From contig QHTZ01000097.1 in the NCBI GenBank assembly GCA_003221005.1, positions 1 through 45,647 of the forward strand: 45,647 nt of DNA. Direction: 5' to 3'. The DNA comes from Gemmatimonadota bacterium. Its GTDB lineage: Bacteria; Gemmatimonadota; Gemmatimonadetes; Gemmatimonadales; GWC2-71-9. A program made the position numbers and the translations under genes. Of this stretch, positions 1 through 7,195 are shown in pieces. How positions within the stretch are numbered: the first letter of the stretch is position 1; every line of letters begins with the position of its first letter. The notes under the pieces are model-generated. The model made no database searches, was not told where the DNA came from, and saw only the letters and a program-made list of their open reading frames with translations.

Positions 1-77
1 AGGGAGTCGTTTTGGCAACCGGCTGCGGCGAGGGCGACGCCCAGTCCGGCAGCGAACAAGAAGCGACGCATCGTCAT
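1..77 (-). CDS. Partial lipoprotein (5' end only), co-oriented with and downstream of the FadL-like gene
   Basis: Reverse strand from CAT at 75-77 reads MTMRRFLFAAGLGVALAAAGCQNDS..., a signal peptide with a lipobox-like AAGC; starts 12 nt after the stop of the FadL-like gene and runs off the window edge. Confidence 0.7.
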   Translation of the reverse strand, partial: MTMRRFLFAAGLGVALAAAGCQNDS

Positions 78-89
78 CGTCCTAGCCCC

Positions 90-1493
90 TTAGAACGTGA
101 ACGCCAGCGACACGCCGAACAGGTGTGCGCCGAACGTGTATAGGCCGTTGTTGAGGGTGAGGGGATCCACTCCCGTGCCGGGCTCTCGCGTGCGGCCGCG
201 GCGGTCATTCTGACGGATGTACTGGTATGCCACATCACCCGTCACCTGCCGCGCCAGTTTCACCGTCGCACCTGCCGTGAACTCGTTGCGCTGCCCTTCG
301 GGGAGCAGCGGGGTCACCGTCTGCGGTGGCGCCGCGCCGCCGTGATGCAGATAGCCCCCTCGCACCGTCAGCGCGCCACTCTGCACCCACTCGGCCCCGA
401 CTCGGAAACCGTGCGTGTCCTTGTAGCTCTCGCTCAACGTCCGGTTCAACAGAGTGTTGGGCGAGAACGTGAGATTGAGGACGTTGAACGAGCTCCAATG
501 CGTCCACTGATAGTCCGCGAGCAGCGTCAGGTCCTTGCGCGCCTTGAACGCCAGCCCTGCGATGAACATGTCCGGGTTCGCAATCGAGGCCGTCGCGGTC
601 TGTGGGGCGAGAAGGCCAGTCGGTGCCGTGAACACGCCGAGTGTCCGCGCCAGCAGCGTGTCAACGAGCGTCCCGGGGGGAATCGGGAGGGGGCCAACCG
701 TGACGGAGGCCGGCACAACGATCCCGGTGTTCACCTGCGTGAACTTCGCCGTGCCCGAGTAGTCGAGCGTCACCTTCATCAAGTAATGGGCACCGATCGA
801 CAGCCGGTCGTTCACTTTCGCCAGCGCACCGAAGTGGCCGCCCACGCTCGTCTTCGAAGCCTCGAGGTCCGCATCGGCGAAGTCGGTGCCGAGTGGGACG
901 CCAAATTGCCCGAAGGTCCCGAGCACCGTGCCGCTGACGACGACGGGCGTCTGCGACAGGTCGAGGTGCTGGTGCAGCTGGACACTCCCGTGCACGATGT
1001 CCAACCCAGCGCCGAGCGACAGCCACGGGGTCACCTTATAGGCAGCGGTCGGCTGCACGTAGAAGGTGCGGATGACGTTGTCGTAGCCAGCGAACCGTCC
1101 GTCGAAGCTGAGCGGCCACTTGGTCTCGAGCCCGTACGGGGCAAACAGCCCGATGCCCACCCCGAGCTTGGGCGTTACACCATAGGAGACATAGGCTTGC
1201 GGGACAGGGATGAGAGGGTCCTTGATGTCGGTCTTCTGCTGAAACAGGTCATCGGTGAAGCCGCCCACCACCTTGATCAGCGTCACTCCAGCGCTGGCCT
1301 GTCCGCCCTTCGAACCCGCGAGTCCCGCCGGGTTGAAGAAGATCGCGGAGCCGTCGGCGCAGGGTGCACCGGCCGCCGTTCCCGCGCGCCCCATGGTGCA
1401 GGTGTTCTGCTCGAAGACGTTGAAGCCCTGCGCGCCGAGCAGCGTGGGAAATGCCGCGACTATCAGCCACGTGAACCGGGGAAGCCGCTGCAT
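90..1493 (-). CDS. OmpP1/FadL/TodX family outer-membrane transporter
   Basis: Signal peptide, then GFNVFEQ...MGRAG...DGSAIFFNPAGLA, G.GLFAPYGLETKW and a C-terminal Phe. Start moved to ATG 1493, which has GGAGA upstream. Confidence 0.88.
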   Translation of the reverse strand: MQRLPRFTWLIVAAFPTLLGAQGFNVFEQNTCTMGRAGTAAGAPCADGSAIFFNPAGLAGSKGGQASAGVTLIKVVGGFTDDLFQQKTDIKDPLIPVPQAYVSYGVTPKLGVGIGLFAPYGLETKWPLSFDGRFAGYDNVIRTFYVQPTAAYKVTPWLSLGAGLDIVHGSVQLHQHLDLSQTPVVVSGTVLGTFGQFGVPLGTDFADADLEASKTSVGGHFGALAKVNDRLSIGAHYLMKVTLDYSGTAKFTQVNTGIVVPASVTVGPLPIPPGTLVDTLLARTLGVFTAPTGLLAPQTATASIANPDMFIAGLAFKARKDLTLLADYQWTHWSSFNVLNLTFSPNTLLNRTLSESYKDTHGFRVGAEWVQSGALTVRGGYLHHGGAAPPQTVTPLLPEGQRNEFTAGATVKLARQVTGDVAYQYIRQNDRRGRTREPGTGVDPLTLNNGLYTFGAHLFGVSLAFTF

Positions 1494-1561
1494 ACCGATG
1501 TCTCCGGAAAGCTTAAGGACGGCATGGTGGAAGAAGCTGGCATAGGGTAGCATTGGCCCCA

Positions 1562-2740
1562 ATGGTTGTCAAACCCTTGCGCGCACGAGCGATCGCGCTG
1601 TTTCACGAAGCCTTCGCGGCGACACCTCGGGCGGCAGCCTCCGCGCCAGGACGCGTGCACCTGCTCGGGGAGCACACCCATTACAACGGCGGCCCGGTGT
1701 TGCTCATCGCCACGCGCGAGCGGACCGCGGTGGCGGTCGGACCCGGGGAGGCGGGTGTCTTGGAGGTCGTCGCCGGGGCGGATGGCCAGCGCGAGCGCGT
1801 GCGTTTCGGTGATGGGCGCCCCCAGAGTTGGGCCGGCTATGCTGCCGCGGTGATGCACGAGCTCGGTCCGCTGGGAGCGGCACCAGCGAACGGCGGAGCC
1901 CGTGTCGCGGTGTCGAGCGACCTGCCGGCGGGCGCCGGGTTCGCGTCCTCGGCGGCGCTCGCGGTGGCCGCGGCGGGAGCGCTCACTGCACTGGCGGGCG
2001 CGCGGCTCACGACGCGCCAGCTCGCAGGCGTCGCGTTCCGGGCGGAGCACGATCATGTGGGTGCGCGCTGCGGGGTCATGGATCACGCGATCGCGGCTCT
2101 CGCACGGCCGGGCCGCGCGCTGCTGGTCGAGTGCGCGTCCGCGGAGGGGCGGCTCGTGCCGTTCGGGGGCGGGCTGCTCCTGGTTGACGCCGGAGCTCGC
2201 CCGGACGAGGCGGCGCGACTGCTGGAGCAGCGGCAGGCCGAGTGCGAGGCGGCGGTTGCCCGGCTCAAGCTCGAGCTGCCCGAGCTCTACTGGCTCGCGA
2301 GCTGGCCCGCCGGCTGGCTCGCCCGCTTGAAGAAGGCGCTGCGTGAGCCGTTGCGCTCGCGCGCGGTGCACATCGTCGGGGAAACCGCGCGGGCGCGGTT
2401 CGGCGCGGAGCTGCTGGCGCGCCGGCGGCTCGAGCGTTTTGGGGAGCTGCTGTATGAGTCCCACGAGTCGAGCCGGCGGCTGTACGACTGGAGCGCCCCC
2501 GAAGCCGATCTCGTGGTGACCGCAGCCAAACGCGCCGGGGCCTTGGGCGCACGGCTCACTGGATTCAGAGGATTCGGTACGGTGCTCGTGCTCCTGAGAA
2601 AGGGGGACGACGGAAAAGGGAAGCGTGCGGGGAAGATTGCCGAGACGATCCGAAGCGCGTTTGCAAAGGCGTACCGCAGAGAGCCAGGGATCCGCGTGCT
2701 GCTCTCCGGCGGCGGGGCGCGTCGCGAAGCGGTACGGTAA
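1562..2740 (+). CDS. galK: Galactokinase-like GHMP kinase with divergent motifs
   Basis: APGRVHLLGEHTHYNGG, PAGAGFASSAA, CGVMDH, SHESSR and GARLTG resemble GalK motifs, but several consensus residues differ. Confidence 0.75.
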   Translation: MVVKPLRARAIALFHEAFAATPRAAASAPGRVHLLGEHTHYNGGPVLLIATRERTAVAVGPGEAGVLEVVAGADGQRERVRFGDGRPQSWAGYAAAVMHELGPLGAAPANGGARVAVSSDLPAGAGFASSAALAVAAAGALTALAGARLTTRQLAGVAFRAEHDHVGARCGVMDHAIAALARPGRALLVECASAEGRLVPFGGGLLLVDAGARPDEAARLLEQRQAECEAAVARLKLELPELYWLASWPAGWLARLKKALREPLRSRAVHIVGETARARFGAELLARRRLERFGELLYESHESSRRLYDWSAPEADLVVTAAKRAGALGARLTGFRGFGTVLVLLRKGDDGKGKRAGKIAETIRSAFAKAYRREPGIRVLLSGGGARREAVR

Positions 2741-2752
2741 CTTCTCAGCGCG

Positions 2753-2838
2753 GCCGGGGTGGCGAAACTGGTAGACGCAAGGGACTTAAAATCCCTTGGG
2801 GGGAAACCCCCGTGCAGGTTCGAGTCCTGCCCTCGGCA
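2753..2838 (+). tRNA. tRNA-Leu (anticodon TAA), CCA not encoded
   Basis: Acceptor stem GCCGGGG/CCTCGGC plus discriminator A; D arm TGGCGAAACTGGTAGACGC; anticodon arm AGGGA-CTTAAAA-TCCCT; long variable arm GGGGG-AAA-CCCCC; T arm GCAGG-TTCGAGT-CCTGC. Confidence 0.96.
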
Positions 2839-3029
2839 TTTGTTGTGCCCTCAGTTAGCGCATCCCGCGGAACGCGCCTGTAGGGCGCTTGCAAGTCAAC
2901 CGCCAACATCGCTTGCCACATACACCGCAGCGGGCCTCGGCGTGGCCCAAAGAGATACGAAGGAAAAACTTGCGCGACGCTGGGAGCTGAGGTACTTGTA
3001 CAGGGGCACGATTCTTCCTGGAGGAACCT

Positions 3030-3425
3030 ATGCTGCGTCGCCTCACCGCCGCCTTGCTGCCGCTCATTGCTCTGAGCACCGCGTGTACCACCGTTGTGCC
3101 CGTGCGCGACGCGCCCGGCGCATATGTCACGGCGCGTGCGCCCGGCATGGTCTGGATCACCAAGGCCGACAGCAGCGTCGTGCAGCTTGCAGCGCCTAAG
3201 ATCCTGGGCGACACCCTCACCGGGTTCGTGGGGGCGGACTACATCGAACTCCCACTGTCGAGCGTGCAGTCGATGCGCGCGCGCCAGCCGGCGCCGAAGC
3301 GTACCGCACTCCTCGTTGGTGGGGCTACCTTGGCGGCCGCAGGGGCGGTCGCGGCGTTCCTCAGCAGTAGCGCGAACTCGACGCAGACCACCGACTGCGC
3401 CAGGTTGAACGGGGTGGACTGCTGA
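3030..3425 (+). CDS. Hypothetical lipoprotein, 131 aa
   Basis: GGAGGA RBS; signal peptide ending LSTAC; hydrophobic C-terminal helix and terminal Cys pair. Confidence 0.75.
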   Translation: MLRRLTAALLPLIALSTACTTVVPVRDAPGAYVTARAPGMVWITKADSSVVQLAAPKILGDTLTGFVGADYIELPLSSVQSMRARQPAPKRTALLVGGATLAAAGAVAAFLSSSANSTQTTDCARLNGVDC

Positions 3426-3493
3426 CGAGGGGGTCCGGCGGGTCAAGTTCCCCATCCCGAAGGATGGCCTCGGCTAAGCTCGGCATGTGGCTG

Positions 3494-3509
3494 GGTGACC
3501 GTTGTCACC
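3494..3509. promoter_or_regulatory. Palindrome GGTGAC-N4-GTCACC (GTGA-N6-TCAC, CRP/FNR-family-like)
   Basis: Perfect inverted repeat in intergenic DNA about 105 nt upstream of the first zinc-ribbon gene. Confidence 0.35.
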
Positions 3510-3575
3510 GCGCCTCGGGTCGCCCGCCATATCTTTGTACCGCAGCAAGATGCACGACGCGCGCCCGGTGTCTCC

Positions 3576-3600
3576 CCTTGTTACGCGGACCTTGTAACGC
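3576..3600. repeat. 11-bp direct repeat CCTTGTTACGC / CCTTGTAACGC
   Basis: Copies at 3576-3586 and 3590-3600 with one mismatch, immediately before the RBS of the gene at 3615. Confidence 0.5.
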
Positions 3601-3614
3601 CCCGAGGGATCAGT

Positions 3615-3971
3615 ATGGCCGGGATGCGCTGGGCTCGTCTGAAAGCGGACCTCAACCTCAAGCTGCGACGCGGCGCATGGTACCGCATTCAAGACGTCGG
3701 TCCCCTGGAGGCCGTCGTCGAGGTCAACAATCGTCCGATGCCGGTACCCTCGGCGTTCCTGCAGATCGTCGAGACCCCCCCGCGGCGGTGGACCGTGGTG
3801 CCGCGTCCCGCGAACGCCGTCCGCATGCCCGACACGTGGAAGCACTACGCGGTCTGCCCGAGCTGCCGGGAGCGCGCGCCCCTCGTGCGCCGGCCCCCCG
3901 TGATGGAGTGCCCGCGCTGTCGGGGGATCTTCGAGGTCGGGTGGGACGAGACGTACAGTCCCGAGCTGTGA
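3615..3971 (+). CDS. Hypothetical zinc-ribbon protein, paralog 1 (118 aa)
   Basis: GAGGG RBS before ATG 3615; CPSC...CPRC; aligns end to end with the next gene, which fixes the start. Confidence 0.8.
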   Translation: MAGMRWARLKADLNLKLRRGAWYRIQDVGPLEAVVEVNNRPMPVPSAFLQIVETPPRRWTVVPRPANAVRMPDTWKHYAVCPSCRERAPLVRRPPVMECPRCRGIFEVGWDETYSPEL

Positions 3972-4027
3972 GCGCGCACACCCTCCCCAGACCCCCCCGC
4001 TCCTGATTTCCCAGTGCCCTGCCAGAC

Positions 4028-4054
4028 CGTGAGCTTGCTCACGCCGGCGTGAGC
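4028..4054. repeat. Three alternating copies of CGTGAGC/GCTCACG
   Basis: CGTGAGC-TT-GCTCACG-CCGG-CGTGAGC between the two paralogs. Confidence 0.55.
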
Positions 4055-4124
4055 CTGGGCCTGTTACTCTCCTCCAGACCTTGGCCGGTTCGCGCTGACA
4101 TCACGTCGTGAGAGGCGGTGGGTC

Positions 4125-4487
4125 ATGGGGAGCTTTCGGTGGGCCCGGTTGCAGGCAGACGTAAACTGTGCGCTGCGCCGGGGAGCGTGGTACCGCGTGA
4201 CGCACCTCACCGGCCTCGACGCGATCGTAGATGTGAACCGCCAGCCTCAGTCGGTCCCCAGCTATCTCTTACAGATCGTCTCCACCCCACCGCGCCACTG
4301 GACCATCGTTCCTAGGCCCTCCGGGGCGGCCCGCCGTGCTGCTTCCCTCGGCGCGCGCTACGTGGTGTGCCCCAGCTGTCGCGAGCGCACCCCCCTCCCC
4401 ATGCGCGGGCAGCCGCGCCAGCTCGGGTGCGCCCGCTGTCGGGGCGTGTTCGAGATCGCCTGGAATGAGAGATACTTGGCACCGTGA
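4125..4487 (+). CDS. Hypothetical zinc-ribbon protein, paralog 2 (120 aa)
   Basis: Shares RWARL.AD.N..LRRGAWYR, LQIV.TPPR.WT.VPRP and CPSCRER...C.RCRG.FE..W.E.Y with paralog 1. Confidence 0.82.
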   Translation: MGSFRWARLQADVNCALRRGAWYRVTHLTGLDAIVDVNRQPQSVPSYLLQIVSTPPRHWTIVPRPSGAARRAASLGARYVVCPSCRERTPLPMRGQPRQLGCARCRGVFEIAWNERYLAP

Positions 4488-4536
4488 TGGGCTGGCTGCG
4501 CCCGGCAGCCCGTGACCCAACTGTGACAATCCCCGG

Positions 4537-4563
4537 TGCAACCTTTCCCGCGCTCCCCACGTC
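4537..4563 (+). promoter_or_regulatory. Putative ECF sigma promoter TGCAACC-N16-CGTC
   Basis: AAC-containing -35 element and CGT-containing -10 element with a 16-nt spacer, about 90 nt upstream of ORF 4651. Confidence 0.4.
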
Positions 4564-4650
4564 CTATTCTCTCGCAGGCCGGGCGAGATGCCGTCCCCCA
4601 TGTCTCCCCTCGCGATCCAACGGCGCACCGCTTGAACTGGGAGGCATCGC

Positions 4651-4968
4651 ATGCGCGCATACGCATTGCTGCTCGGGACCCTGGCCACAGTAGGATCCGC
4701 CTACGTCGCCCAGGTGGCGCTGGCATCGTCTGGCTTCGATCGCGCATGGGCGGTGCTGCACCCCGCGGCCGATCCTCCCTCCCTTGACCCCCTCTGGTAC
4801 GGCGGCATCCTCGACCCGGTCACCATCGAGGGCCACCGGCCTGCGGGACAGTCCCTCACCGTGATGGGCCTCGACCCTGCGCACCATGGGGAGTGTCCGG
4901 CCACTCAATCCAAATACCGCCCGACCTCCTCCGAGAACGTGCGGACGTCGATCGGCTTGGTGATGTAA
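4651..4968 (+). CDS. Small exported or membrane-anchored hypothetical protein, 105 aa
   Basis: GGGAGG RBS; hydrophobic N-terminus; WYGGILDPVTIE segment; 3' end overlaps the convergent response regulator by 64 nt. Confidence 0.55.
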   Translation: MRAYALLLGTLATVGSAYVAQVALASSGFDRAWAVLHPAADPPSLDPLWYGGILDPVTIEGHRPAGQSLTVMGLDPAHHGECPATQSKYRPTSSENVRTSIGLVM

Positions 4969-5273
4969 CCGTCGAACCCGGCGGCGAGCGCGCGCTCGCG
5001 GTCGCCGGGCATCGCGTGGGCGGTCAGGGCGACCACCTTCCAAGGGTGATCGCCCTGCGCGTTGCGGAGGTCGGTGAGCACCTGGAACCCGTCGCGCCCC
5101 GGCAGCTGTACGTCGAGCAGGACTAGCGCCACTGGAGGGCGCTCCCCGGTGAGCGTCTGCACCAGCCCTTCGCCGGTCCCTAGCCCGATAACTCGGTGCC
5201 CTTTCAGCGTGAGCAGCGTGGTGATGAGCTTGAGGCTGTCGGGCTGGTCCTCGACCACGACGATCGTTGCCAC
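4905..5273 (-). CDS. Single-domain response regulator (CheY/DivK-like receiver)
   Basis: VVVED...LLDVQLPGRDG...ALTAHAM...GFDGYITKP; GTG start overlaps the kinase stop (TAGTG). Confidence 0.92.
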   Translation of the reverse strand: MATIVVVEDQPDSLKLITTLLTLKGHRVIGLGTGEGLVQTLTGERPPVALVLLDVQLPGRDGFQVLTDLRNAQGDHPWKVVALTAHAMPGDRERALAAGFDGYITKPIDVRTFSEEVGRYLD

Positions 5274-7078
5274 TACGCGCTCTCCGGCTGGGGTGTCGCC
5301 TGCGGGAGGGTGAACCAGAAGGTGCTGCCGCGGCCGAGCGCGCTCTCCACGCCGATCGTGCCGCCGTGCAGCTCGACCATCCGCTTGCACAACGCCAATC
5401 CGAGCCCCGTGCCCTCGAAGCGCCGGCTGGGGGATGCGTCCAGCTGTACGAATTCCTGAAACAGTCGCGCGTGATCCGCCGGTGCGATCCCGATGCCGTT
5501 GTCCGTCACCCACAACCGTACGCCGCGGTCTCCGTCCTCCAGCCGAGCGCCAAGGGTGACACGCCCGCCGTCGGGAGTGAACTTGATCGCGTTAGAAAGC
5601 AGGTTGAGCAGCACCTGCCGCACGCGCGTGCGATCAGCCGAGACGGTGAGGGAAGCGGCTGGGAGGTCGAGCGCGAGTGTGTGGTGATGAGCCTCTACCA
5701 AGGCGTGTACGCTGTCTGCCGCCTCCCGCAGCACGGCGTCGAGCGCGAGCGGTTCGCGCGCGAGCTCGAGCCGGCCCGCCGCGATCTTCGAGAGGTCGAG
5801 TAGCTCGCTGATGAGCTGCAGCAAGTGGCGCCCGTTCCGAGCCACCGTTTCGATGAAGTCGCGCTGCGGCTCGGTGAGCGCTCCGGTGTCCTGCATGAGA
5901 AGCAGCTCACTGAAGCCGATGATGCTGTTCAGCGGTGTGCGCAGCTCGTGGGACACGTTCGCGAGGAACTGGTCCTTCGCCCGGTTGGTGCGGTCCAACT
6001 CAGCGTTGAGGCGCGTCAGCTCGCTGTGCTGCTCCTCGAGGGTGGCATTCTGGGATTCGAGGCGCTGAGCGCTGAGCCGCACCTCGGTCGCGAGCCGGCG
6101 CGTCTGCTGGTGCGCCGACTCGCGCTCGCACGCGAAGGCGAGGTTGGGGGCCGTGGTCTCGAGCAGGGCGTGCGCGTCGGGAGTGAGCTCCGCGTCGAAC
6201 AGCGCCAGCACGAGACCCACGAGCCGTTCGCGCGCGCGCAGTGGCAGCAGTGCAAGGCAGTCGGCGGCCCCCCCGTCCAGCTGGAGGCGCGCGCGGATCG
6301 GGTCGGCCGCCGGGCCCGCGAATTGGAGGACGCGCGCGGCATCGCCCACGACCTCCCGCACGGTGGTGCGCGCCAGCGGTCGGGCCCTCGTTCCGCGTAG
6401 TGCCGTGGGCGCCCACTCGTTGGTGTCGTACTGCGGCTGGTACAGGACCAGGGCACGCGCGCCCGTCGTCGCCGCCAGGACGCTCAGGGCCTGGTCGAAG
6501 CTCCCGCCGTCGCCCGGCGGGGCATGCAGCGCGACGAGCAGCTGGGTCACCTGCGCCTGCATGCGCTCCCGCCCCGCGAGCGCCGCCGCCATGCGGTTCA
6601 CTCCCTCGGCCACGATCCCGAACTCCTCGGGCTGCGTCTCGTCGAGCCGCTCGTCGTAATGCCCGCCGGCGACCCGCTCGAGTGCGCTGACCACGTAGGC
6701 GAACGGCTGCTCGAGGCGGCGCCGGTTGTACCACAGCCCCACGGCCAACGCCACGAGGATCACGCCGAAGATGACCGTCGTCGCCGCCGCCGCCTGGATG
6801 GCGTCGTCGCCTGCCTCGTCGGCGATGTCCTGGAGCTCCTGGATCCGAGCCCCGAGCGCGCGCGACCGGTAGCGTTGCTGCATTTCCTGGAGGTGGCGGG
6901 TGAGGTCCACCATCGCCGCCTGCGTGTCGCGAGCGCTGCGCCAGGTGGCGTACCGGTCGGCGAGACCGGCGACGGCGATGGCGAGGAACGCCGCGACGAA
7001 CAGCCGGCTGATGCTCGGCGTGTGGCGCGCCGGCGCGACCGCCGGGGGCGGCAGCGGGTCGAACGCGTCCGGGATCAC
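5273..7078 (-). CDS. Membrane sensor histidine kinase (2 TM, HAMP, GAF-like, HisKA, HATPase_c)
   Basis: H box FLANVSHELRTPLN, N box NLLSNAIKFT, G boxes DNGIGI and GTGLGL; two hydrophobic helices followed by HAMP. Confidence 0.93.
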   Translation of the reverse strand: MIPDAFDPLPPPAVAPARHTPSISRLFVAAFLAIAVAGLADRYATWRSARDTQAAMVDLTRHLQEMQQRYRSRALGARIQELQDIADEAGDDAIQAAAATTVIFGVILVALAVGLWYNRRRLEQPFAYVVSALERVAGGHYDERLDETQPEEFGIVAEGVNRMAAALAGRERMQAQVTQLLVALHAPPGDGGSFDQALSVLAATTGARALVLYQPQYDTNEWAPTALRGTRARPLARTTVREVVGDAARVLQFAGPAADPIRARLQLDGGAADCLALLPLRARERLVGLVLALFDAELTPDAHALLETTAPNLAFACERESAHQQTRRLATEVRLSAQRLESQNATLEEQHSELTRLNAELDRTNRAKDQFLANVSHELRTPLNSIIGFSELLLMQDTGALTEPQRDFIETVARNGRHLLQLISELLDLSKIAAGRLELAREPLALDAVLREAADSVHALVEAHHHTLALDLPAASLTVSADRTRVRQVLLNLLSNAIKFTPDGGRVTLGARLEDGDRGVRLWVTDNGIGIAPADHARLFQEFVQLDASPSRRFEGTGLGLALCKRMVELHGGTIGVESALGRGSTFWFTLPQATPQPESA

Positions 7079-7195
7079 GCCGTATAACTAGGGTCGCGCG
7101 CGGCGCCGAGACAAGAGCGGAGCGCTGCCGCTGGCGGCCCCGGCGGCCCCGCGATATCCTAAGGGCGCCGTCTCGCAGGGTAGGGCGGCGCACTC

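Noticed and set aside
2745-3455. ORFs overlapping the tRNA (2759-3199 + and 2745-3455 -)
   Set aside because: They run through a clear tRNA and overlap a better-supported lipoprotein gene.
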